The notes under the pieces are model-generated. The model did no database searches, had not been told where the DNA came from, and saw nothing but the letters and a program-made list of their open reading frames with translations. A program made the position numbers and the translations under genes. A DNA stretch of 19,753 bases from positions 1-19,753 of the forward strand of contig JAYUVP010000245.1 in the NCBI GenBank assembly GCA_043753995.1. Reading direction: 5' to 3'. Below, in pieces: positions 7,653 through 16,118 of the stretch; within the stretch, counting starts at the first letter, position 1, and each line of letters opens with the position of its first letter. Source of the DNA: Fibrobacterota bacterium (GTDB lineage: Bacteria > Fibrobacterota > Fibrobacteria > UBA11236).

Positions 7653-7682
7653 GAAATCGTTTTCTAAAAAGAAAACGATTTC
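7653..7682. promoter_or_regulatory. Perfect 13-bp AT-rich inverted repeat; terminator or operator
   Basis: GAAATCGTTTTCT-AAAA-AGAAAACGATTTC, 15 nt after the methyltransferase stop and 66 nt before the TIGR02147 start. Confidence 0.55.
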
Positions 7683-7748
7683 TGCATTTTAAAATCCAAA
7701 CCTTGGTCTAAAGACGGTATACTTCCTAGGATCCCACCTGGAAATGGC

Positions 7749-8570
7749 ATGCCCAATATTTTCGGCTACATGAATTACCGTGATTTTTTGCGGGATTATT
7801 ACCTCGAAGAAAAGGCTAAAAACCCCAATTTTTCCTATCAGTTTTTCGCAAATCGAGCAGGATTCAAATCCAAAAGCTTTCTCAAATTGGTCATAGACGG
7901 AAGGAAAAATTTGGCCAAGGACTCTTTGGCCAAAATGGGAAAGGCCTTGAAGCTGGGGCAAAAGGCGTTTTCTTATTTCGAGGATTTAGTGGCATTCAAT
8001 CAAACCGAATCCCTCAAGCTCCGTAACTTCTATTTCGAAAAATTGGCGGCTTACAATCCTCGTAGCCCTGGGCGGCTGGTACTGCGCGATCAATGGGAGT
8101 TTTATTCTAAGTGGCATCACAATTCCATACGAGAGTTATTGGACTGGTTCGATTTCGGGGAAGATTATGCCTTGCTGGGCAAGCAATTGCGCCCCCCCAT
8201 CCCGGCTCGGCTGGCCAACCAAAGCGTGAGACTGCTACTCAAGTTGGGCCTCATTCAAAAAAAAGGCAGCCGTTATGTGCAAGCCGATCGCATCCTCACC
8301 ACGGGCGATGAGGTGCAGTCGCTGGCCGTGCACAATTTCCATTTGCAAAACCTCACCCTAGCAGGTGCGTCCCTGGATTCCGTGCCTGCCCAGGAGCGGG
8401 ACATTTCTTGCCTAGTGCTGGGGCTTTCCCGCGAAGGATTCCGCCAAGTCAAATCGGAAATCCAAATGCTGCGCAAGCGCTTGCTGAAAATCGCGGAATC
8501 CGACTCGGGTCAGGATCGGGTCTATCACGCGAACTTCCAACTCTTTCCCACATCGCGAGGCCGGGAATGA
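7749..8570 (+). CDS. TIGR02147 / DUF4423 family protein (N-terminal HTH-like; putative regulator)
   Basis: IFGYMNYRDFLRDYY, FSYQFFANRAGFKSKSFLKLVIDGRKNL, YSKWHHNSIRELL, LLKLGLI, ERDISCLVLGLS, VYHANFQLFP; 273 aa, typical length for the family. Confidence 0.9.
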   Translation: MPNIFGYMNYRDFLRDYYLEEKAKNPNFSYQFFANRAGFKSKSFLKLVIDGRKNLAKDSLAKMGKALKLGQKAFSYFEDLVAFNQTESLKLRNFYFEKLAAYNPRSPGRLVLRDQWEFYSKWHHNSIRELLDWFDFGEDYALLGKQLRPPIPARLANQSVRLLLKLGLIQKKGSRYVQADRILTTGDEVQSLAVHNFHLQNLTLAGASLDSVPAQERDISCLVLGLSREGFRQVKSEIQMLRKRLLKIAESDSGQDRVYHANFQLFPTSRGRE

Positions 8571-10414
8571 AGCCGGGTTCTAAATGGTTTTCGCTTTTGT
8601 TTTGCGCCCTTGGACTGCTCCAATGCGGACCGGGAGATCGCCTCGCCGGTGGCTCCGAAATCGGCAATCCGGTCGGTGTCGTTATGGATGAGAATGGAAA
8701 CCGATTGCCGGGTGTGGTTTTACGCCTGCTCCCAAAGGATTTCAACCCCGTTTCCTCCGATCCTAGAGAGGATTCCCTTCAAGCCATATCTGGGCCTGAT
8801 GGGCGCTTTCGTTTTTCCGGGACGCCTGGAGGAAATTACGTGCTTACAGGTTGGGACCCGGCCACGGGTCTCCGCGTCATGGCTCGTTTGTCCGTAACCC
8901 GCGCCAATGCGGATGCGGGGACTCTCTTCATGAAACGAACTGGAACTGTGACTGCAAATATTTCAGACACCTCCTTGCATAGCGAGGGCGGCCACCTTTA
9001 TTTGCCCGGCACCTTGCTTTCCTCACGCGTGGATGTCGTCGGCAGGATACGATTGGATTCCGTCCCCGCCGGAAATTGGACCCTGCGCTATACCCCACCC
9101 CCTTTACTCCCGCTCATGAAACAGCCGGAATTCCAGTCTTTGGAATTGCCGCCGGGCATCGAGGCCGAAGCTTTATCTGTAGGAAGTGCGCCGCAAACCT
9201 TCCGTGCCCTTTATATCTCGGCGGGCCAAGACCTTCAATCGACTGCGGACTCCCTGCGCCCTGGGGACACCTTGTATTTGCGCGGCGGCATTCATGCTTT
9301 ATCTAATCTCACCTTGTCCGCACAAGGACGACCCGATGCTTGGATACAGGTGCGCAATGCCCCCGGGGAAACGCCTGTGTTACGCGGTATTTCGTCCGCT
9401 AGCAATCTCATCGACATTGTAGGAGCGGCCTACCTCGAAATACGCGGCCTTGAAATAGACAGCACCCCGGAGGGCTGCGACGCCATCAAGTTCGGACAGC
9501 AGGGAGTCAGCCATCATATTAGTCTGCGAGGGCTTCACATCCACAATGTCGGCGGAATGGGGATCAATTCCCAAGGGAATCACCATCATGTCGTTGTGCA
9601 GGGCAATCATATCCACCATGTGCGTGGCGATCAGGGAACGGGTATTCGCCTGGGCGATCTCAGCGGAAACTTCATGCCTCGGCTCTGGGAGTTGGACAAT
9701 AATTGGATTCACCATTGCGGCTTCGACGCCAATGGCGGCGTGGGCATTTCCGCGCTCCTCGGCGCCATGGGCATCACCATTCGGGACAATGTCGTGCACG
9801 ACAATAACACCTTGGGAATCCGGGTATTTGGCGCCAATGGGACGGTCAATGCAGCGGACTTTTCCTTGGTTGAAGGCAATGCTGTCTGGAATTCGCTCGA
9901 AGGCATTGCGGCCTATAGCGATGCCACAGTGCGCAACAATATCGTCTTTGCCTGCTCCACCTTGCTGCATTCCTTCCGCTATACCGGTGACGGACAATCC
10001 CCCGCCGGCAATGCGCCACGAAACCTGGCCATTTATCAAAACACCTTTTTCGGGGGTGGCGATATTGTCCTCTCGAATTGGGATTCTTCTCGCACCTGCG
10101 TATTCGCCAACAATGCCGTATTGGGAACCTCAGGCGGCCTGTCTCTGTCCGGCACCGGGACCCTGGTGGGCAATGTTTCGGACTTCTCATTTCCCGGATT
10201 TTCTTCGGGAACGCCGGGGGATTTCCGTGACGCAAGCATGCGTTCGTTTTACCCTGGTGGGGGTTCGACACTTGTGGGCAAGGCTGTGCGCCCCTTTGTG
10301 CATTCCGTCGATTTCATGGACCGCCCGCGTGATGGATTCCCGGACGTGGGGGCCTACGAATATCATGGTGAAGGCGAGGCCCCTTTCCCGATCGCAGAAG
10401 ACTTCAAGCACTAG
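8567..10414 (+). CDS. Lipoprotein with carboxypeptidase-regulatory-like Ig domain(s) and right-handed parallel beta-helix (pectin-lyase fold)
   Basis: True start is most likely ATG 8567 (ATGA overlap): MKPGSKWFSLLFCALGLLQC signal/lipobox, then AGGSEIGNP and GPDGRFRFSGTPGGNY. Beta-helix repeats LRPGDTLYLRGG, GLHIHN, GNHIHH, NNWIHH, DNVVHDN, RNNIV; C-terminal PDVGAYEY. Confidence 0.85.
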   Translation: MKPGSKWFSLLFCALGLLQCGPGDRLAGGSEIGNPVGVVMDENGNRLPGVVLRLLPKDFNPVSSDPREDSLQAISGPDGRFRFSGTPGGNYVLTGWDPATGLRVMARLSVTRANADAGTLFMKRTGTVTANISDTSLHSEGGHLYLPGTLLSSRVDVVGRIRLDSVPAGNWTLRYTPPPLLPLMKQPEFQSLELPPGIEAEALSVGSAPQTFRALYISAGQDLQSTADSLRPGDTLYLRGGIHALSNLTLSAQGRPDAWIQVRNAPGETPVLRGISSASNLIDIVGAAYLEIRGLEIDSTPEGCDAIKFGQQGVSHHISLRGLHIHNVGGMGINSQGNHHHVVVQGNHIHHVRGDQGTGIRLGDLSGNFMPRLWELDNNWIHHCGFDANGGVGISALLGAMGITIRDNVVHDNNTLGIRVFGANGTVNAADFSLVEGNAVWNSLEGIAAYSDATVRNNIVFACSTLLHSFRYTGDGQSPAGNAPRNLAIYQNTFFGGGDIVLSNWDSSRTCVFANNAVLGTSGGLSLSGTGTLVGNVSDFSFPGFSSGTPGDFRDASMRSFYPGGGSTLVGKAVRPFVHSVDFMDRPRDGFPDVGAYEYHGEGEAPFPIAEDFKH

Positions 10415-10437
10415 GATATTCGAAATAGGAGTTCGAC

Positions 10438-11562
10438 ATGAAATTTGAAAAACCTATCGCTTGGATTCTATTGGGCTTCAACGTGGTGACCACGCAAGCA
10501 ACCGACCTCGCTGACGCCGCCGCGCGAATGCAACCGGGAACATGGCAAGAATTCACCACCTTGAATCTTGCGAATGACACCTTGCTTTTTAAGAACGTTA
10601 ACGGGGATCTCTGGTATGGCGACATGCATACCACTTGGTCCAATTACCTGGCCTGGAATCCGGCTTCGCAAGAATTGTTCTGGGCGGGCGCACCCCATTT
10701 GCAGCCTTTCGGCTTCATTAGATATTCCGCGGCCACCAATCGCTGGACCAATGAAACCAATGCTCCCGACTGCATGCGACTGCCTGGATATACCGGCTGC
10801 TTCAACCACGGATATGACGACGGAACCATGGATCCCGTGCAGGGCATCTTCTATTACCAATCTATGGGACGAATCATGGCCTATAAGGTCAGTACCGGAA
10901 TTTGGACCGAATGGAATCAAACCGGACTATCTGCCGCGAGGGCCAGTGCTTTAGAATACCTGCCTTCCGGTAAACTCGCCTATGTGATCGGGACGGCGGT
11001 GGGTGATGGTGGCCTGGTGCAGCTCATCGATCCCACCACCCACCAAATTCAAACCGTGGCCAAGGACCTGGCTATGGGTGATTACAGCAATACGGCCGAG
11101 TATAGCTTTGTGCACAGCAAGCTGTATTTTGGCGGCGGAGGCGGCGCAGGCTCTCGCGCTTTCTTCTCCATGAATGATTCTAATCGCGTGACGCGCTTAG
11201 CCGATGCGCCGGAAAACTTCGATTGCATACGATCCAGTCTCGCTGTGGATCCCGTCACTGGCACCCCGCTTCTTTTAGCCAATTCCAATAAGTATTACGC
11301 CTATCAGGCCGGGTCCAATACATGGACCGAACTCACCAGCCCGCCGCGCGCACTCAACAGCACCACGAACGCGGTGGCAGTCATGGCCACGGCAATTCCC
11401 GAGCATGGAGTGGTTTTTTATATGTCGCCACCCCAGAAAAAGGTGTATCTGTACAAGCACGCCGCTTCTAGCTCGGTGCGCAATCTATCACGACGCGCTT
11501 CCTCCGGTTTCCGACTGCCGGCACTTTGGCAATGGGATTTTAACGGGCGGAAAAATCCATGA
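10438..11562 (+). CDS. Secreted Kelch-like beta-propeller protein (paralog 1)
   Basis: AGGAG RBS; signal peptide; repeats YSAATNRWT, YKVSTGIWT, YQAGSNTWT; NHGYD; basic tail with DFNGR. Confidence 0.8.
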   Translation: MKFEKPIAWILLGFNVVTTQATDLADAAARMQPGTWQEFTTLNLANDTLLFKNVNGDLWYGDMHTTWSNYLAWNPASQELFWAGAPHLQPFGFIRYSAATNRWTNETNAPDCMRLPGYTGCFNHGYDDGTMDPVQGIFYYQSMGRIMAYKVSTGIWTEWNQTGLSAARASALEYLPSGKLAYVIGTAVGDGGLVQLIDPTTHQIQTVAKDLAMGDYSNTAEYSFVHSKLYFGGGGGAGSRAFFSMNDSNRVTRLADAPENFDCIRSSLAVDPVTGTPLLLANSNKYYAYQAGSNTWTELTSPPRALNSTTNAVAVMATAIPEHGVVFYMSPPQKKVYLYKHAASSSVRNLSRRASSGFRLPALWQWDFNGRKNP

Positions 11563-12743
11563 ACTTCACAGGCATGGCATTCTTCCTGCTTCTTGCAGGA
11601 ATATCGGTCGGTTTGTCCTACGCCTCGGTATTGCGCGACCTGGCCCTGGCCTTGCCTGAACGCACGTTTGTGAAATTGCCGGCGAACGCCAGTCTAGATG
11701 CCCTCCCCATGGATGTCAGCCTTCTGTATTACACCGATTCCGGCGTATGGGATCCCGTTAAAAAGAAAATGGCCTGGGTGGGAGGACCGGGAACCTGCTG
11801 CGCCGACCCGGCCATCTACAAGCGTATCACCTACGACGAGGCTACCGATCATTGGGACATTCAGCCGACCCCTTTTACCGGGTCCGGTCACGGGTACGAC
11901 GCCAACGCTTTCGATCCTTCCACGGGGCTGCACTATTTCGCCTTCTGGGACGATAAGAAAATTAAGACCTGGAAGGGCCAGACCTGGGGAACCTTGCCGG
12001 AGCATCCCCTACCCGCGAACATCGCCGTGGCTCTCACTTGGTTTCCGGATCTCAACGGCGGAAAAGGCGGTCTCGTCCTCACCTCGGGCAATGGCCGCGC
12101 GGCCTGGTTTGATGGCAACGCATGGGCTGAGATAAAGGGGGGCGAAGCCGCCCCTTGGGGCGACTACGACGTATTCTCCGAATACAGTCCTACACTCAAG
12201 AAGATGTGGCTTGGCAGCGGGGTGGATCGGGGCGAGGTCCATTACCTCCTCGACGCGCAGCTCAAGTTGACGCGTCTTCGCGATGCGCCTTTCAATATCA
12301 AGGATAACGAAGCCCTGAAGAGCGTCGACCCCTTGAATGGAAAATTCCTCGTCTACCGGATGGCGGACAAAGCCTGGTGGGAATTCGATGCCGGGAAGGA
12401 TGAGTGGAACCGGCTTTCCGGACTTAAGTCTCAACCGGATCTAGGAGGCGAGTCCCTGCTGCAAGTGCCCCTTCCCGAATACGGCGTCATCCTGATCTTC
12501 CGGCACTACGTAAGTGTTCGGGAGGCCTTCCTCTATCGCCATAGCTTGGGCGCGGCGACCCTAAGACGGGCCCCGCTGCTTCGCCCCGGGATGCGCCAAA
12601 TCTCAGCCTTCGGTTCGACCTCCCGATGGCCCCTTGAAGTTCCCGCCAAAACTCCCGGCAGCCTACGCATCCTGAACCTCAACGGCCGCCTGCCCGCCAA
12701 TATCCGGGAACCCTCCCAGCCTATCCCGGAGGAAAGTCCATGA
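11559..12743 (+). CDS. Secreted Kelch-like beta-propeller protein (paralog 2)
   Basis: ATGA overlap; signal peptide; YDEATDHW, FDGNAW, FDAGKDEW; GHGYD; LTRLRDAP (compare VTRLADAP in paralog 1); tail NLNGR. Confidence 0.8.
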   Translation: MNFTGMAFFLLLAGISVGLSYASVLRDLALALPERTFVKLPANASLDALPMDVSLLYYTDSGVWDPVKKKMAWVGGPGTCCADPAIYKRITYDEATDHWDIQPTPFTGSGHGYDANAFDPSTGLHYFAFWDDKKIKTWKGQTWGTLPEHPLPANIAVALTWFPDLNGGKGGLVLTSGNGRAAWFDGNAWAEIKGGEAAPWGDYDVFSEYSPTLKKMWLGSGVDRGEVHYLLDAQLKLTRLRDAPFNIKDNEALKSVDPLNGKFLVYRMADKAWWEFDAGKDEWNRLSGLKSQPDLGGESLLQVPLPEYGVILIFRHYVSVREAFLYRHSLGAATLRRAPLLRPGMRQISAFGSTSRWPLEVPAKTPGSLRILNLNGRLPANIREPSQPIPEESP

Positions 12744-13972
12744 TAAACCCCCTTCCGGTCAAAATCGCAAGCGCAATGGCAGTCCTGGGATTCACGGGCG
12801 CGCTGGCCAATGAGATGCTGAAAAACCTGCCGGCGGATTCGTGGTACCGGGCGCAGGGAACGGCAATGCGTCCCGTTTGTGCTTGGGAATCGCAATTTCC
12901 GGATATCCGGGGCGGTTCCGGATGCCGCATGGTCATGGAAGCCTGGAGTGGAGCCACCTACGATCCCAACCGGAAAAAGCTGCTGGTTTGGGGCGGCGGC
13001 CATGGCGATTATTACGGGAATGAATTGTACGCCTTCGACGTGGAAACCTTGAAGTGGGAAAGGCTCACCGACCCTTCCCCGCCAACCCGCTTGTCGCAGG
13101 ATCCCCTGCCGGACACCACTCCCATCTCCCGCCATACCTATGACGGCCTGACCTTCATCACTCATGCCGATCGCTTTTTCGGCTATGGCGGATCCATGGC
13201 CGGGAACGGGTATGGCACGCAGGAGACTTGGACTTTCGATCCAACCGCGAAGAAGTGGTACTACATGGCCCCTTCCGGGAACTCCAATCGTCCCACCACC
13301 AATTGTTGCGCCTTCATCAGTGCCTATGATCCGGTATCGCGTAAGGTGTTCATGCGCGATCCGAATTGGATATCCGCTTACGATTTCGACAAGAATGCCT
13401 GGGAACATGTTCTGGAGCAAACCCATACTTGGACATCGACCAAGGCCTTGGTGGACCCTCGCCGCGGTTTGTTCTTCACGGTGGGCGCAGGAGAATTTCT
13501 GGTCTACGATATCGCGGGTAACCGCGATGTTTCCGCGCAATGGAAAACCACGGGTGACGATTCACTTACACGCCGGGGAGCAATAGGGGCAGGATATGAT
13601 TCCCAGGCCGACGCCATTGTGGGTTGGCTGGGCGGAGGGCCTTATGTACTGGATATGGCCAGCAAAGTTTGGTCACGTAAATCTGGAATAGGTGCCCCGG
13701 CTCAGCCTTTGGAAAATGGGACCTATGGGCGCTTCCAGTATATCCCGGACGACAATGTATTCATCCTCGCCAATGGCATCGAATCCGATGTCTACTTCTA
13801 CAAGCATACCCAAGGAGCGGGATCGTCGGTGCGATCCGTCACGTATCGCAGGCGAGCGCCGCTCTCGATGACCCTAGCGGGTACGGGAGTGCGGTTCCAT
13901 CGTCGCTCCGAAAGAACGGATGCTCGCGGGCGGATCGAGAAATCACATTCCACCCGAAAGGCCAACCCATGA
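12740..13972 (+). CDS. Secreted Kelch-like beta-propeller protein (paralog 3)
   Basis: ATGA overlap; signal peptide ending ALA; AWSGATYD, WGGGHGDYYGNELY, FDVETLKW, SRHTYD, FDPTAKKW, GTYGRFQY; tail DARGR. Confidence 0.8.
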   Translation: MINPLPVKIASAMAVLGFTGALANEMLKNLPADSWYRAQGTAMRPVCAWESQFPDIRGGSGCRMVMEAWSGATYDPNRKKLLVWGGGHGDYYGNELYAFDVETLKWERLTDPSPPTRLSQDPLPDTTPISRHTYDGLTFITHADRFFGYGGSMAGNGYGTQETWTFDPTAKKWYYMAPSGNSNRPTTNCCAFISAYDPVSRKVFMRDPNWISAYDFDKNAWEHVLEQTHTWTSTKALVDPRRGLFFTVGAGEFLVYDIAGNRDVSAQWKTTGDDSLTRRGAIGAGYDSQADAIVGWLGGGPYVLDMASKVWSRKSGIGAPAQPLENGTYGRFQYIPDDNVFILANGIESDVYFYKHTQGAGSSVRSVTYRRRAPLSMTLAGTGVRFHRRSERTDARGRIEKSHSTRKANP

Positions 13973-16104
13973 TAACCCCCTTTCCGCTTTTATCTGCCTG
14001 TGCGATGGCCTGCCTGGGAATCGCCAGCGCTCAACCCAAGCTGACCTTGATCGCTACAGGGGCCGCTGCCGTCCAGGACCAGCCGGTGACCGTGGGATAT
14101 GTTTTCGCGCTCGGAGATATTCCGAAAGGGAAAACGCTGGCCGCCAAGACTGCGGCAGGATCTTCCGTTTCCATCCAAGTCGATCCCAAGGCCACGTATG
14201 CCGACGGTTCCTTGCGCCATGTCGTACTCACTTTGCGGCATAGCCTGGCCTCGAAGGGATCGGAGGCCGTTGCCTTGCAGGCCGCGGATCCTTCCTCGGT
14301 ATCGGCCTCATTATTGCCCTCTGCTCTTCTCGCCACGGATTACGATGCTACCGTCACCATGACCCTAGGGGGCTCCGCGTATACGGCTTCCGCCCGGGCA
14401 GCTCTGCAGGCCGCCGTCACCGCAGGAAAGATTGAGGCTTGGTTGAATGGCCCTTTGGTTTCGGAATGGTTGGTTCAGGCTCCGCTCGCCGATGCCACGG
14501 GCAAGCCGCATCCCCATCTCCATGTCCGTTTCGAGGTCCGCGCCTATGCCGGTTTCAAATGCGTGCGCACGGGTATTACCCTGGAAAATAATTGGGCCTA
14601 TGAACCCAGCCCCTCGGGATTCACCTATGATATCCGTATCGAGTCGGGATCATCTGTATTTTCCAAAACGGCTCTACCCCATACCCATCATTCCCGCTGG
14701 CGCAAGGTTCTCTGGTGGGGAACGCAGCCAAACCTCGATGCAGCCTTGGATCGCGACTACCTGATCTCCACCGGGGCCGTACCCGAATACGATCGATCCA
14801 TTAAACCGGGGGCCTCGACGCTGTCCGCCATGGCGACGGATTTCGAACCGATGTCGGAGGGGAACCTGACTTCCTATATGCCTGCGACGGGAGCCCATGA
14901 CGATATCGGGCCTTTGCCCCGGTTTTGCGCGCTTTACTTGCTGAGCATGGATTCCCGAGCGCGCGACAATGTGCTGGCCAACGGCATGGCGGGCGGAAGC
15001 TATCAAATCCATTATCGAGATAAGGCCAAGGACTTGCCCGTTTCCCTAGATGATTTCCCCTACATGACCTTGCTGGGTAACCCAGGTGATACCCACAATC
15101 CAACCACGGGTAAGCAGGAACAATTTCCGGAGGTGACTAGCGGCCTGGAAAAGCATTCTCCGGACGATGCGCATCAGCCCTCCGTTGCCTATTTGCCTTA
15201 CCTGATCTCCGGCGATGTTTTCTTCCTGGAAGAATTGCAGTTCTGGGCCAATTGGAATATGGTGATCGCGAATCCGTACTATCGCGACTTCGCCAAGGGC
15301 CTGCTGAAATGGTCGCAGATCAGAGGCCAAGCTTGGTCGCTGCGCACCTTGGGCCATGCCGCCTTTATCACCCCAGATAAACATCCTCTCAAAGCGTATT
15401 TCACTGAAAAGATTGGCCATAACCTGGAATTCTATCAGGCCAATGCACGCGGTTCTTCGGCGAGTCGCTTGGGATGGCTTGGCACAGGCGGAAGCGCATT
15501 TGCTTACGAGCCTTACGGTATCGCGCCCTGGCAGGATGATTTCTTTACTTCCTCGGTGGGTGATCTCGTCCGGATGGGATATTCAAAGGCAAAGGAGTTG
15601 ATGGATTGGAAAGGCCAGTTTGTGGTGGGCCGCATGGCCGACACCGGTTATTGCTGGCTCCACGCTTCGGCGTATAGCCAGCAAATCGGCCCGGCGGATA
15701 AATCCCGCTTTTACGTGTCCTATGGTGAAATCTATCGGGCCAATTTCCCTACCGCGACCTGCACGGGAACAGCCATGGATGGTTATCCAGAAAGCCCCAC
15801 CGGGTACGGCGCCAATATGCAGCCCGCCTTGGCCGCAGCCGTGGATGCAGGACTTCCTTCTGCGAAAGAAGCTTGGGCGAAATACCAAACCCGCAATCCC
15901 AAGCAGGATTATTCCTCCACACCCCAATTCGCCGTGGTCCCCAATTTGCGTCTGGGAATGGCGGTAAGGCCCCAGGCAAAATCTCCGCGCTCCACCGGCC
16001 TACCTCGCCTGATATTCGATCCTCGCGGACTGAATCTACGCCTCCGCATCGGCGAAGGCACACAAGCCCGGATTTACGACCTGAGTGGAAAACTCATGGA
16101 ATGA
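13969..16104 (+). CDS. Secreted protein, 711 aa, resembling YetA/PcRGLX (PL26 exo-rhamnogalacturonan lyase-like) architecture
   Basis: ATGA overlap; signal peptide ending ASA; N-terminal PVTVGYVFALGDIP..QVDPKATYADGSLRH; helical C-terminal half with AHQPSVAYLPYLISGD..LEELQFWA, QIRGQAWSLRTL, APWQDDF; tail IYDLSGK. The CDS is solid; the product is inferred. Confidence 0.7.
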   Translation: MITPFPLLSACAMACLGIASAQPKLTLIATGAAAVQDQPVTVGYVFALGDIPKGKTLAAKTAAGSSVSIQVDPKATYADGSLRHVVLTLRHSLASKGSEAVALQAADPSSVSASLLPSALLATDYDATVTMTLGGSAYTASARAALQAAVTAGKIEAWLNGPLVSEWLVQAPLADATGKPHPHLHVRFEVRAYAGFKCVRTGITLENNWAYEPSPSGFTYDIRIESGSSVFSKTALPHTHHSRWRKVLWWGTQPNLDAALDRDYLISTGAVPEYDRSIKPGASTLSAMATDFEPMSEGNLTSYMPATGAHDDIGPLPRFCALYLLSMDSRARDNVLANGMAGGSYQIHYRDKAKDLPVSLDDFPYMTLLGNPGDTHNPTTGKQEQFPEVTSGLEKHSPDDAHQPSVAYLPYLISGDVFFLEELQFWANWNMVIANPYYRDFAKGLLKWSQIRGQAWSLRTLGHAAFITPDKHPLKAYFTEKIGHNLEFYQANARGSSASRLGWLGTGGSAFAYEPYGIAPWQDDFFTSSVGDLVRMGYSKAKELMDWKGQFVVGRMADTGYCWLHASAYSQQIGPADKSRFYVSYGEIYRANFPTATCTGTAMDGYPESPTGYGANMQPALAAAVDAGLPSAKEAWAKYQTRNPKQDYSSTPQFAVVPNLRLGMAVRPQAKSPRSTGLPRLIFDPRGLNLRLRIGEGTQARIYDLSGKLME

Positions 16105-16118
16105 AAAGCGAGGAATCC

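Noticed and set aside
8408..8566. Track's upstream start for the 668-aa ORF
   Set aside because: It overlaps TIGR02147 by more than 160 nt; the signal peptide and ATGA coupling point to 8567.
9546..10448. 300-aa alternative-frame ORF
   Set aside because: Overlaps the beta-helix gene on the same strand; low-information composition with no motifs.
12533..13540. 335-aa minus-strand ORF
   Set aside because: Antisense shadow of the propeller genes; no recognisable domain.
15873..16100. Track's upstream start for the 504-aa ORF
   Set aside because: It lies inside the 711-aa gene; the RBS and signal peptide fit 16119 (or 16101).
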